Shown: positions 24,362 to 37,985, numbered from the stretch's first letter. The stretch: 64,000 nucleotides of DNA from Octopus bimaculoides (GCF_001194135.2 NC_068992.1:33709135-33773134), one strand, 5' to 3'. Notes: generated by a model not told the origin, from the letters alone. Program-made: numbers and translations.

Positions 24362-27300
24362 TATGGTGTTTATTTTCTTCTTTCTTCAAATTTTTTCCCT
24401 TTCTCACCGAGTATTTTCCATACATCTAGGGTAGAGAAGCTCATTGTATGCATTCCCAGTTTACACGCAAATTCACAGGTAAAATATGTATTAAAAAATA
24501 TCAATAAATAAATAAATTCACGAATGGATGTTGTTTTCACAGCAATAAGGCTCTTCTCAGTACTGAGTCATTCCAGTTAACATAATTTTTTGCACATCCT
24601 GTAGGGATGATAGGCCTAGTATCATTTTCAAATAGGTTTCAGTACCTTTTTCTTATCATTCCTAGAGATCCTACAATTACTGGTATGGTAATCGCCTTGA
24701 GATGCCACATTTTTTCAATTTCTATTAGCAAGTCTATATCTTTACTGATCTTGTCAAATTCTTTCACCGCTATATTGTGATTGCAAGGAATACTCATGTC
24801 AATTAATAAACACATCTTTTTTGTCTGATCTTTTATAATAATATCTGGTTTATTAGCTTTTATAGTTTTGTCGGTATGTACGGAGAAGTCCCAGAGAATC
24901 GATACATTTTCTCCCTCAGTCACAGCTTCAGGATGGTGTTTATACCATTTGTCAGTGGTTTTGATTTTATAGTGCTGACATATCGTCCAGTGTAAATACT
25001 GGCCGACTCTTTATATTCTACAGGTGCTAAGACTCTACACCCTGAGATTAGGTGGTCTATAGTTTCAATCTCATCGTTACAGAATTGGCATTGTGGGTCA
25101 GCCCCATTTTTTATCACATTGGCTTGGTAGTTCCGGGTTAATAAGCTTTGGTCTTGAGCAGCCAATATGAAACTTTCACTCTCTGCTTTTAGCCTTGAGC
25201 TTTGTAACCATTGATGCGTTTGTTTCTGGTTGACATCAGCTTCTTTGCTACGAGCCACACACTTGCCATGCAGAGGTTTCTGTTCCCATCTGCTAGCTAA
25301 TTTTTCATGTGCTTTTTGTATTTGCAATTAATTTTATTTTCTTTGCAGCAGCAGTTGGCACATTTCCTTCAAACTGATCAATCTGGTAGGTATCTAAGAA
25401 ACCAGTAGCAAATTTTTTGCTCTCTTTCAGAATAGAGTGAAGTTGTTTCGGTCTTTCATGTTTTTCAACAAGTTTCAGCATCCAATCGTTGGTTGTTTCA
25501 AGGTATTTGGCCAGTCCGATTGTGGTGGTTTTGTACATAAGTTCAAGCTGGATCAAGCCTCGACCTCCCTGAGCTCTGGTAAGGTAAAGATGATCCATGT
25601 CTGCCTTTGGATGGTGCATCTTATTACAAGTCAGTAGCTTGCGGATTTTTCTATCAATTTTCATTATTTCACTGGTATTCCAGTTAAGCACATTGAAGCT
25701 ATAAAGAACAACTGGGACTGCTAAGGAATTTATGGCTAACACCTTATTATATGCATTCAGCTCAGACTTCAGAACTGCTCAAACTCTTCTATAACATTCT
25801 TTCCTAACCTTTTCTTTCATGCTTGCATGCTAGATACCAGAGCCTTCATTTATTCCTGGGTATTTATAGGTTTGTTCCTGCTCAAGTTCCTTTATTACTG
25901 TTTCGACATCTAATTCTATTGAACTTGACTTTACCAGTTTCCCTTTCTTTAAAGTGGCTTCGGCACACTTTTCAAGACCAAACTCCATCCCGATATAATC
26001 ACTGAATCCTTTCACAGTATGTAGTAGTCCTTAAAGCTCTTCATCATCTTTTCCATATAGTTTGAAATCATCCATATAAAATAAATGGCTTATTTTCCTG
26101 TTGTCAATTTTGTAGCCATACACTGTTTTATTCAGTTCACTTGAGAGTGGTATTAGTACTATGCAGAAAATTAGTGGTGAAGGTGAGTCACCTTGGAAAA
26201 TGCCACAGTTTATGCTAATATTGTTTGAGTGCAATACTCCATTAGAAGGATATAAATGGAGCTTCGTATTCCATAGTGACATATACTTTTAAAAATCTGA
26301 AATCACAGAAGAAATTTTGAATATGTCCAGCAATTTCAGAATCCACGAATGTGGTATGCTGTCAAAGGCTTTTTTATAATCAATCCACGAAGAGCTGCAA
26401 TTTCTGTGCTTGTTATGACAGTTCTCAATGATCATGCGATTAATTAAGAGCTGATCTCTGCATTCATATGTGCCTCATCTGCATCCTTTTTGTTCAGTGG
26501 GAAAGAGGTTATTCTCTTCCATAAACATATATGTTTTCTCCACTAGAATAGATGTCAAAATCTTATAGGTAGTAGACAAACATGTTATAGGCTGGTAGGT
26601 TTTTGGGTCTTTGGTTTCATTATTTTGGCGGGAGGAAGTAAGTAATACCATTTGCCGTCCAATGGGGAGTTTTTTCCGGGTCTTTCATAATACTATTAAA
26701 TAGTATTACTAACATTTTGAATGCAGACGAGAGTGATGAGAGCCAGAAATTTGTTACTCTATCAATACCAGGTGATTTCCACTTATGAGCCTTCCTTAGG
26801 TCGGCAATTGAGATGTCTTCCCATACCTGTTCTAGTAGATTTTTGTAAGCATCTTGGGTGCGTTTGATCCAGTCTGCATTTTCATTGTATGGTTTCTCAT
26901 CACTCCAGATCCCTTTCCAAAACTTTCCAACTTCTTCCATTAGGGGTGGATTTTCAATGGTTATTTTTTTCTTTCCACATTTCCCTGTAAAATGATTTGG
27001 CATTGGATTTGAACATCTTATTGTGCTTGTAGAATTTGATTCTTTTCTCAAATCTGCGTATTTTCTGAGCTTTTGCTTGAACTTTTTTGTTTCAGTGTTT
27101 CATTCGCTGACATTAGTTCTTCTCTTGTTGAGAGTCCATATTTTCTCACGATCTTCCTGCCTTTTCTTGATCTTATATCATTTCCAGAGATTAGCTCAGT
27201 TAATATTGATATCTCCCTTTGCAATGATTCAATCTCAGTTTCAATTCTACTCCTCCAGTTTGATTTTCTTTTCGAATTTGGTATTGTTGGCTTTTTGGGT

Positions 27301-27565
27301 GTTAAACAACGCCTTTCGATTAACTTAGCAACAGAGTAAATAATTTCATTTAACTTATTAAGATCGAGTTTTAGTTGTATGATTTCTTGTTAACGCAGTT
27401 GCCAATTTTTATTTGTGTTTTATGTTGGTGTGCGTTTGAGAGTTTATGGAGTGGTTCCCTATCATTCATATTTGTATGCCCTACAACTTCAAGCTCATTC
27501 AGAACTTCCTGCTTCATTTCAATGATAGATTTTCTGTGTTGTTCAGCAAATATGTGGTCTTCAAA
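24362..27565 (-). mobile_element. Second decayed R4/Dong-like element, head-to-tail with the previous one
   Basis: WKSPGIDRVTNFW, GIFQGDSPSPL, FYMDDFKLY, YKYPG, INSLAVPV, GGRGLIQL, QWLQSSRLKAESESFILAAQDQ, ILWDFSVHTD..KPD, IPVIVGSLG. Flanked by (ATT)n runs. Confidence 0.9.
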
Positions 27566-27570
27566 TTCTG

Positions 27571-27624
<54 letters not shown>

Positions 27625-27626
<2 letters not shown>

Positions 27627-28860
27627 TAGTCTTATTTTTATCACGTGCACTACCAAGCACAGCTCTGTGTGTCTTGGGTATGTCCTGTGGTTTGTTGTGG
27701 TGCTCTTATTTTCGTAGGATGTGTGCAGTGCCTAGTTGTGCTATTTTCTGTATGTTATATATACTTGTAAGTCCTGGTGTTTTTGTTAAGTATTTGTCTG
27801 AAAGTTTTTCTTTATCATACCTAATGTACCTACTATAATAGGAATTGTTTCTGTTTTTAGGCTTCACATTTGAGCTACCCTTATTTCCAGATCTTTGTAT
27901 TTTGAAAGTTTCTCCTTTTCTTTTAGAGAAACATTGTCATCTGTTATTATTATTATTATTATATGTTTTGGTTTTGTTTTAACCAGAGACATTAAGCAAC
28001 AACGAGGTTGTGCATCTAAAGATGCTAACAGATGAAATGCCATGCAATTTCAAACTGATATCTGTGGGAGTAAAAAAAGAAAGAGTCACTAAGGCTACAC
28101 TCATGTGGAGAAGAATTTATGTAGAATATTTTAGGTACCCATAAGAATGGTCTTTTGTAATTCTGTTATTTTGGGGCAGTCAGGGATTGGGTCTACATTT
28201 TGTTTGCTCCTCTTGTTATCATTCCATGTGTTTGAATAGTAATAGGTTATGTTGTTTTGAAACGTCACATTCTTCCAATTTCCATCTCCAGGACCCTCAC
28301 ATTTGTTCAGTTTTACAACCATTTTCAGAGATGTGTTTTTGTCAGCTGGGGTTGCAACATCAATCACAAGACGAATCTTTTCAATATAATTTCTCAAAAT
28401 GAGATCGTGTCAGTTTCCCTGTATTTCCCAATCCGTCTGAACACTGAAATTCCAAAGGATGATAACCTCAGCATTCTGGGCAACTTGTGCTGGCTTTTGT
28501 TCCCACTAATTGTTTCTGTGAGGGAGGTTCTATGAGCAGCATATTGATCAGTGTATGTACTGAGCTGCCCTGTAAGTATTCTGTTGATGCTGTCTACTGC
28601 GCCCAGAAATTATTGTTTTTGGGTGCTCTCCACATATGTTGCATGATGTGCTGTTTTATATTTCAGGATGTTACTCTGGCAATTCCTAGCTGGAAGGGAC
28701 TGCTGCTGATCAGCAATGACCTACTCTTCAGTTTTTGGTTTGAAACCAGAGCATGACAACCATTGATGAGTAAGAGCTTCATCTACAGCAGTTTCTCTGA
28801 TTCTAGTTGGGTATTTGCTATACAGTAGCATTTGCTCCCATTTCTACTTAATATATTATA
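27625..28860 (-). mobile_element. Two further R4/Dong-like 3' fragments (about 27625-27945 and 28110-28860)
   Basis: TDDNVSLKEKEKLSKYKDLEI..TIPIIVGTLG; VIDVATPADKNTSLK; CCHC-region remnants. Separated by (ATT)n. Confidence 0.75.
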
Positions 28861-28884
28861 GGTTGGTTTATTTGGCTATGGTCT

Positions 28885-30190
28885 TGTTGTGCAAGAGTAC
28901 GACATCCCCTGATGAGAATGGACTAGACTACTACATATAAATAGTAGCAGTCTGAATAAGTGATGTTGTTCATGCTAGTTCCACGGTTCATGTGTTGATA
29001 GTTCAAAGTTTACAGTTCAAGTTAGCATATTGGATTGTTAGTTCTTAAAAGAGTGTTATTACGTTCCATGTGGTTACTAACGTTTGTTTTGATTATCTTG
29101 TCATTACACAGTTGCAGTGTATTCATTTATCCATAAGGATGTAACATCTGGTGACAAGGCTTGTTCAAAACTCACATTGGTTATTTTGACAATTTCTCCA
29201 TCATGGAAAAACTATTAGCTGCAGTAGTACAGCTTCAAGGGAAGCAACGGGAACAACTACAGGAGCTGCAAGAATAAATACTACTACAACAACAACAATT
29301 AATTGAGTTACTGTTGGAGATGTCCGAAAATCCAGTAAGCTCGTTTATGCCAGATGGCATGGCTGACACAATTTCTGAATTTACATATAATCCAGAAGAG
29401 GGTATTATGTTTCCTGTGTATTATAGAAGATATGAGGAAATTTTTAACGAGTGCAAGTCATGGTCGGAGGAGCAGAAAGTAAGGTTTTTTACTATGTGAG
29501 GTAGGCCCTGTCAAGCATAAGTGTTACTGCAAATTTATTCTACCCCAAATTAAGTACTTAGGGCAAATAATTGATAAAAGTGGTAGACATCCTGATCCAT
29601 CGAGGGCAGATGCAATAAGGAATATTCCAAATTTACAAGCATTTCTTGAGCTGGAAAACTACTATTAAAACTACATTCCTAATATGTAGAAGTTAAGAGC
29701 TCCGTTGAACGACTTGTTAAAGAAGGAGTAAAGTGGAACTGGTCCACTAAATGCTAGAACACTTATGAAGAAATAAAAATATTCTAATCTCAGACCTGTC
29801 ATTAGCACATTACGAACCCGAAATGATCACCATTGTAGCACCTGATGCTTCTGAGCATGGATTAGGTGCAGTTCTACTTCATAAATATGAAGATGGAAGT
29901 ACAAAACCAGTGGTTCAGGTTTCACGCTTACTAATATCAGCAGAGAAGAGATAATATAGTGAAATTGAAAAGGAGGCCCTAACAATCGTTTCTGCAGTTA
30001 AAAAGTTTCACATGTTTCTGCATGGCAGAAAGTTTTTATTGCATACAGACCATAGACCTTTGTTGATCTATGGGTCCAAAAAAGTGTTACCAACTCATAC
30101 TGCAAACCGTTTGCAATGTTAGGGTGTAATATTACTAAATTATAATTTGAAAATGCAATACACTCCATCGAAAAATATCGGTCATGCAGA
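28885..30190 (+). mobile_element. Truncated, internally deleted Ty3/gypsy: 5' LTR, PBS, gag start, RT thumb and RNase H
   Basis: LTR TGTTG(28885)...TAACA(29146), then PBS TGGTGACAAGG (29149). Gag-like ISEFTYNPEEGIMFPVYYRRYEEIF; YLGQIID; [35 protein letters not shown]. Confidence 0.85.
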
Positions 30191-32790
30191 GAGCTGGCAG
30201 AATCATTAGCATGCCAAGATGAAATGCTTGGCAGCATTTCATCCGTTTTTACGTTCTGATTTAAAATTCCAGCCTTTCAGGGTCACTGTAATAAGTACCA
30301 GTTAAACCCTGGGGTTCAAATTTCAGGCCTTGTGCCCTAAGTAGAAAGGATTATTATTATTATTAAAAGTTTTCCTTGATATCTGTTGTATTTACACACT
30401 TTCCACAAGTTGTCACTTGGACGCATAAAGATGATAAGAAATATGTTCGCAATATTTTGGATGATTATATGACATCAAGAAGTGCTAGAACTGGATAAAT
30501 TTGAGAGAAAAGGCACATGCAGACATAAATGCTCTGTAATAATATTATAAAACTATGAAATTTAAGGTGATAGTGCATCATGACCCATTGGCGTCATTTT
30601 CTGTATTTATTTTAAGCATGGTTTTCCTGGTATTCTTTTAGATATGATTTTCCTGGTGTCATATAATTATTGTTGCTGTTGTTGCTATTCTAAAGCTACT
30701 TTGGGCAAATTTTATTAACAAGTGTGTTATCTTGAGGTTTAGTAATGACCAGTATCCCCAAATCTCAAAAATCTTTCTTCGAATTCTTTCAAAAATAAAG
30801 GATACCAGTTTTCTGCATATTAGCGATGGGATTTTCAGTTCCAGTGTCTTTTAGCCTCTTAGATAGTAGTTTGGTTGTTGTAAGAGATGCAGCAATTACC
30901 ACAGGAACAATTCTTGTCTTAGTCATCTATATAATCTCTTCAACTAGCTGCTAGATCCTGATATCTCACAATTGTTGTCTTCTTCCTAGCTACGGACTCT
31001 TTTATAAAATAGAACTGCAAGGTTTATTATCTAACACTGTTTGTTCTTTTATAATCATATCTGGCTTTCTTTTTCGTTTTTGTTTGTTTGTTTGTTTTTT
31101 TTTTTGCTTCAGTGGTATGGCTAGTCTCTATGGGGAACTCTCATATGATCCTGTAATTCTTATTTTCTGTCACAGCCTTTGGTTTGTGTTCATTCCATTT
31201 TCCTGCTATTTTGAAGCCACACATTATTATTATTATTCAGTCAGACAGGTTGAGTAAGCTTATCAAAATTCTGGTAAAAATTATTTAAATTCTATTGGAT
31301 TCCATTGTTTTTGTGAAGTATGTGATTTTGAAAGAGGAATATGTTTCTGGTTTCATTTCTTATATACCATCAAAGCAAGCATAACCTTTTTAACAGACAC
31401 TATCAGAGTAATGAGAAGAGACTCCTTCAATGAAAATCATGGAAGAGCAATAACAATTCCAATAAAGCAAGAAGAGTATCAATTACAACTATGATAATAG
31501 TAATAATGATAACAGCAAAAGCACCAATGAAAATTATGACAGACTATTACATAATTGTTGAAGTTGATAGAAACAGCAGCCAAATTTCTCTCAACTCACA
31601 CACTATTTGATAATGTAACTTTTCTCCTTTTTTTTTGCATTACCTTAAGACTGATGAACAACCCTTGGTAACTTCCTATTGGTATATAGTGATACACCAA
31701 TAGAATTTTCATGGAAAATTAAAGGACAATTTTCCTTTGTGCAACATTAAAAATGTTTCTACTTTCAATTTTTTTCTTATTCTCTTCATAGCCATCATAT
31801 TTCTTGTCATTTTGTATGTTGAAATTTCTCTTTTTATTTTTGGCTCCAAAATTATGAAAAATATCACGTGTAATGGTTAAGGTTCCAAAACTTGAGAAAT
31901 TGACCTCCCCTCCTCCTGTAATTCTTAGTTTCATTCTATTTCAGAGATCAAGCAGCTTCTCAGATAGAATACTCCATATATGTCTCAGGGACACATAATC
32001 CAATTTGAAGAGATGATATTATCAAACAATGGTAATATAACAGAATAACTGAGTTGAAAAAATGGGTAGATGAAAATAAATGCAAGCTTTTAGCAACTTT
32101 TCTCCTTCTCAAGAATGAAGGACGAATAAGATGAATAGTATGAAAGAGAAGGAAATAAAAAAGAAAATAAAGTAAGAATAAAGCTCAGCAAGAAGAAATA
32201 AAAGATGTCATAAAACAAAAGCAAGGAAAGGAAGCAAAAGGTTTAAATTTTTCTCATGTTTAATTCAGTCCACTTGAATATTTCTTTCAGTTGATTCTGT
32301 CTTTATTCTCAAAGATTGTGAAATGCAAATGATGTTTCCAGCATGTATCTATTAATACAATTATATAGAAAGTAGGCTGGCAGCAAAGGGTTTTTTTTTT
32401 ATGGGAGTGGATTCTCATCATGCATTGGTACATGATATAAAGCATTTGGACAGGTTGTTTTAATGTGGCTTGTGTATTGAATCCAGAGAGCCTGCAGAGA
32501 CAAGAAAAAATAAGTCAAGTTTGATCCATTGAAAATATATCATTAGCTTACATGAAATATAGAGAATAAGTAGAGTTGAGAGAACAAATGGCTGGTTAGT
32601 AAAAGAATCAATTGATATACTGGAGTGATGCAATGAATACTTGTGATGGTGAGAGATGGAAATTGATGAGCTCTAAATAAAAGTGTGCTCAGTGTACTGA
32701 CAGGAAAAAAGCGTAGGTTAGTGAAAGACCAATGATGATATTGGAAGAAAAGGTAACTTCATATATCAAGATGACTAAGTATATATATAT

Positions 32791-33268
32791 AAGTCAGTAA
32801 ATAGTGGGGTTGTGTTAACCGCACGTGGAGAAATAATAGGAAAATGAAAAATAAAAATAAGGCAGAATGCTAAACTGAAGGCATATTTTAATATAGATGT
32901 GTAAAAAAGGATTTCAAACCGGCTTTCATTGCATGGCAAATTTTCAAGAAGAGGGAGAATGAAAATGTTTTTTTACAAAAAAGTAAAAAATAATATATAA
33001 AAAAATAAATATACCAATACATTATATTGTCTTTGAGCTTTTAAAGTTCAATGGTAATCCATGTAGATAATAGTTTGAAAGATTAGGATGCATGAAATTG
33101 AGAGTTGTGGGGGACTGAAAGTTTATGTGCTAAGCAGGAAGTGTGGTGTCAAAACAGGAAGTGTGTGTAAGGGAAGACAATTCTGTGGGTTTTGTCTTCC
33201 CTTACACACACTTCCTGTTTTGGCACCACACTTCCTGTTAAACACGTAAACTTTCAGCCCCTCACAAC
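32791..33268 (-). mobile_element. Solo PLE pLTR (same family as 11527) ending in a foldback
   Basis: Near-identical to 11527-11940. Inverts after ttctgtgggtt: arms about 33104-33180 and 33192-33268. Confidence 0.85.
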
Positions 33269-33603
33269 NNNNNNNNNNNNNNNNNNNNNNNNNNNNNNNN
33301 NNNNNNNNNNNNNNNNNNNNNNNNNNNNNNNNNNNNNNNNNNNNNNNNNNNNNNNNNNNNNNNNNNNNNNNNNNNNNNNNNNNNNNNNNNNNNNNNNNNN
33401 NNNNNNNNNNNNNNNNNNNNNNNNNNNNNNNNNNNNNNNNNNNNNNNNNNNNNNNNNNNNNNNNNNNNNNNNNNNNNNNNNNNNNNNNNNNNNNNNNNNN
33501 NNNNNNNNNNNNNNNNNNNNNNNNNNNNNNNNNNNNNNNNNNNNNNNNNNNNNNNNNNNNNNNNNNNNNNNNNNNNNNNNNNNNNNNNNNNNNNNNNNNN
33601 NNN

Positions 33604-33638
<35 letters not shown>

Positions 33639-34469
33639 CATACAAACACAGCAGTACCATTAGGCAGTTCTCCCTCCCTCTCTCTCAAAATGCAATTCAG
33701 CAAAGTACAAAGAATATTGAAACAGTCAACAAAGTGAGAGTTAGTAATGAGTTCAGTGATGAAAAATTTAAGTAGCTGTGTGTGTCTGGAGGAGGTTTGG
33801 CCCTTTATGCTTCAGGAACTCTACTGGGGTGTTGTCCACTCATGTAATTTCCCTGCATTCACAGTACTCATACCTCTTTGATTTAGTCATGAAGTAGAAT
33901 ATCCACAAATTTTCTGCTGTAGTTTAGAGTGCTGTTGTTATGACTAAATTTACAGCTGTAATGTTCATTGCAGTACTCAAGGTATCTTTTGATAATTGCA
34001 GTCTAGTCTCTCAGTGACAATACTGATGGGTTGCTGCATTTTGTGATCCTCTTTAAAATCTTAAAAGCAGCCTTATGTTGCCATCCTTTTTCTAGGTTTG
34101 ATACTATCACACTGATGCTGTTTCCACTTGACATCCTCCATTTTCTTTTTGATCTCAAAGTCCTGTATACTGCCAGGATGTCTTTGGTGATCTATGTTAT
34201 TCTGTCTTTCTCCCAGCACTTCCAAAATTAATTTATCAGATTTCTTCCTTGATGTTGTCCAGGGTGCTGATATCTTCCTCTTTGTAATCTAAAGGCTGTA
34301 AACCTGCTGCTTATATTGACTTCTAATACTACTGAAACCTCTGGGTCTTCCATTTTCTCTACATTGAATCAGGCAATTCTTTACTTAAAGACTGTACTCA
34401 ACTTGAAATGAAGTGTTATCAGTACCATGTCAAGATCACTGTTGACATCATAGAATGTCTTGGTCATCA

Positions 34470-35350
34470 TCATCATCATTTAATGTCCATTGTCCATGCT
34501 GTCATGGGTTGGATGGTTTGACTAGGGCTGATAAGCTGGAAGGATTCACCAGACTCCAGTGTGATTTGGTATGGCTTTCTAGAGCTGAATGCCCTTCCTA
34601 ATGCCAACCACTCCGAGAGTGTAATGGGTGCATTTACGTGCCACTGGCATGGGTGCCATTTGAATGACTCTGGTATCTGCCATGACTGCGATTTTGTATG
34701 GCTTGATAGGTCTTCTTCTCAAGCATGAAATAATGCCAAAGGTCTCGGTCATTGCCTCTGTGATGCCTAACACTCGAAAGGAACTCAGTCACTTTGCCTC
34801 CATTGGTCATTAACTCTGTGAGGCCCAACACTCTAAAGGAACTCAGCCACTTTTGGTTCCATGAGGCCCAATGCATGAAAGGAACTCAACTACTTTACCT
34901 CTGTGAAGCCCAATGCTCCAACAGTTTTCTTTTCATGCCACCAGCATAGGAGCCAGTTATGTGACACCAACATCAGCCATGACCACGATTTTATTTCCCA
35001 AGCACAGCAAATCACCAAAGGTCTCAGTCACTAGTCATTACCTCTGTGAGGCTCAAAGTTTGAACATCACACTTCACCACTTCAACCCATGTCTTTTTGG
35101 GTCTACTTCTATCACAGATTCCCTCCACAATTAGAGATCAACACTTCTTTACACAGCTGTCCTCATCCATACGCATCACATGACCATACCAGTGCAGTTG
35201 TCTCTCTCACACACCACATCTGATTCCTCTTATCCCTAACTTTTTTTTCAAGATGCTTACACTTTGTCGAACATGCACACTGACATTGCACATCCAGCAA
35301 AGCATACTGGCTTCATTTCTTCTTAGCTTTATTAATAGAAGACTTGAACT
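34470..35350. mobile_element. RTE-associated SINE with internal ~50-bp tandem subrepeats, plus an RTE 3' end
   Basis: cattgcctctgtga.gcc.aacact..aaaggaactcag.cactttgcctc repeated 3-4 times at 34750-34910; related piece at 57110-57210. Minus-strand RTE tail (WYGHVMR-like) at 35060-35340. Confidence 0.65.
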
Positions 35351-35614
35351 TTTGAGGTGTGAGAATAAAGTTATGAGTCTCATCTCACCAGCATGTGCAA
35401 GATGTATTTTGTTCTTCAGAATGTCTTTTGTGCCAAATATGTATTGGCGGGGGTAACTTATGACTGATGGAAAATTTTAGAAGCCACAGTCCACAACCAT
35501 TAGTTTCTGGAATCCCCAAACACCCCACTGCATTTGGGGCTACTGAGGACATCTTTGTTTGGAGCTGTCTTGATAGTTATCTCTAGATCTTCCTAAACCT
35601 TTTCAACTGCATCA

Positions 35615-35650
<36 letters not shown>

Positions 35651-37431
35651 TGCTGGAGCATAGACTTCAAAGATTATTGTATTCTGAGGTCTTACAGCAA
35701 TAATTGTGACAATGAATCTGTTGAATACTGTGTTCAACTGATGACTGAATTTAATATGCTCTTGCTGACTTTGAGGCCTATTTCATGTTGATGCCCATGG
35801 TCAGATCTACTGTACTACATTTTGTAGCTTTCTCTGAAATCATTTCTCATAAGTCCAGTCCACATTGATTACACTCTAATATACCTCATGCGTGTTAGAC
35901 AAGTTGGTGAGTAAGTTCTAGAAAGTTAAATCAGGCTATCAGAATTGCTTCTCCAACCAAATGTACATGAATATCAACATGATGACAGAGTAGTGTATAA
36001 ATAGTTTATAAAATTTTAGAACTAACTATCTTTTTTATAAGTAAAGAGCAGAAACAAGATTAAAAAAATAAAAATATTAAAGTTAGATAAAACACTTAAA
36101 AATCAAATGTGATAATGAGATTTTGGAGATCACACTAAAATTTTAAAATCTACAAAACAACTTTAGAAATAGTTTTGCAACAAATTGCTTTTTAATGATT
36201 CTGTCACTTCAAGAGTGTAAGGTATCACAAGGACAATTTGAGCTCAAGATTATGACACATTCCATCAAATATTGATATCATCAATTCCTAAACAAAAAGA
36301 ATACCATTCTTTGGGTTTTTATTTTGTGGCTTGAACCAGTCATAGGTCTAAGGCCAACCTTAGCATAAGTTAAACTCAGAAGTGTGTTCCACCAAATAGA
36401 AAGTGTAAAATATTCAATTTAGTTTTTATGTCATTGTTGTTGCTTCTGTTACAACTGCTGCCATTGCCATTGTTGTCAATGTTGACAGTATTTTTGGTAT
36501 TGATTTTATCATTTTTACTCCTGCCATCTGACCTACTTGAGATGCCTTCTATGACAAAGTGTAATAAAGTAATCTGTTTCCTTAATGTCTGAAAAGGCTG
36601 TTCTCAGTTTAAATGAAGCCAGAACTATGGACCTATCATATTTCCCTACTATCTCTACTATCTTTTGCCCTAGTCTTTTATATTTCCCCACCAAAGGTAT
36701 ATCTAATGTGTGAATTTTCAGTTCACTTCACCCACCTGTATGAGAAACACTTCAAATAAAGCTGCATAAGATTGGAACATGTGTAATGTAAGTCAAATGA
36801 TTGCACAAAAAATTATCAAGAGACATTAATATGCTTATCCAGCTGAAACATATGTCGGTAATATTTCATTATCTTAATGTCTTGATTACATCTGTCTGTC
36901 TGTCTATTTATCTCCCTCTATGTCTCTCTCTCTCCATTCATGCATACATATACACATGCATACATGCAAGCACGTATACATACATACATACATACATACA
37001 TTTAATTTTTGGATTTAGTTTGCAAGATTCTCTATGTGAGTTTGTGTGTTGAAACATATTCTGTCATGTCTGGGGAGAGTCATTCTCTTTTGGTGCCTTA
37101 TAACTTAACACACTCACCGGTAAAATTGCTACTCATTTCCTTCCTATTTTTCTAAAATTTGTGTTGTGTCTTGCAACCTTTTCAATATTGAAGAAGTTGC
37201 ACGACAAATTTTTCTGGCTGCTGACAAATTTTCTTGCTTTAAAAAAAANNNNNNNNNNNNNNNNNNNNNNNNNNNNNNNNNNNNNNNNNNNNNNNNNNNN
37301 NNNNNNNNNNNNNNNNNNNNNNNNNNNNNNNNNNNNNNNNNNNNNNNNNNNNNNNNNNNNNNNNNNNNNNNNNNNNNNNNNNNNNNNNNNNNNNNNNNNN
37401 NNNNNNNNNNNNNNNNNNNNNNTGGTGGTCA

Positions 37432-37505
37432 GGCGGTTTAGCTTAAATGGTAAAGCGTTCCAACTGGATATTGGAGGGATATGAGTTTGATCCTCATGGC
37501 TGGCT
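37432..37505 (+). pseudogene. tRNA-derived sequence (SINE head or tRNA pseudogene)
   Basis: D arm GCTT/AAGC, stem TCCAA/TTGGA around loop CTGGATA, T arm ATGAG-TTTGATC-CTCAT. Acceptor stem is poor (three G-T pairs and one mismatch). Confidence 0.6.
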
Positions 37506-37576
37506 ACCGACAAATTTTTCTGCTTTTAAATGGTATAGTTTAGATATTGTTATATTTCGGGATGGTGTATCTGTGA

Positions 37577-37609
<33 letters not shown>

Positions 37610-37631
37610 CACGTGCACGCATATGCATCTG

Positions 37632-37985
37632 TGTGTCTATGTTTTGTATGTGTGCTTATGTGTGTCTATATGGGTTCACCCACTACACTGTTTCTATCTC
37701 TGCCCTTTATACTGTTGTCACCACAATCATCAATGTTCTTATTGGTACTTCCTATGTTGACCCTCCCTCACCTATGTTTACTCTTGGTGCTGCTGCTGTT
37801 CTTGACTCTTATTTTGATATTGTTCTTCTATTTTTCTGTGTTTGCGGAGTCAACATATGAAGTACTACTAAGAACAATGACAATGGTGGTAACACCACTA
37901 TAAAGGAGCAAGATACAAACAGTGTAGTGGGCAAACCCATATATACAACATAAGCACACATGCAAAACACATAGACACACGTAAG
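37632..37985. repeat. Imperfect inverted repeat, about 130-bp arms with an ~87-bp spacer
   Basis: atatgggttcacccactacactgtttctatc...tatgttgac versus gtcaacatatg...gatacaaacagtgtagtgggcaaacccatat. Confidence 0.75.

Noticed and set aside
28901-28968. Hammerhead-like CTGATGA plus hairpin inside the gypsy LTR (possible retrozyme)
   Set aside because: Has GAAT rather than GAAA and no NUH triplet; the hairpin surrounds the LTR TATA-like box.
31719-31934. 71-aa minus-strand ORF as a host exon
   Set aside because: No recognisable domain or convincing splice pair; this length is expected by chance in a window this size.
36535-36725. Protein-like open frames on both strands
   Set aside because: Both strands are open, splice sites are weak, and no motif decides between them.
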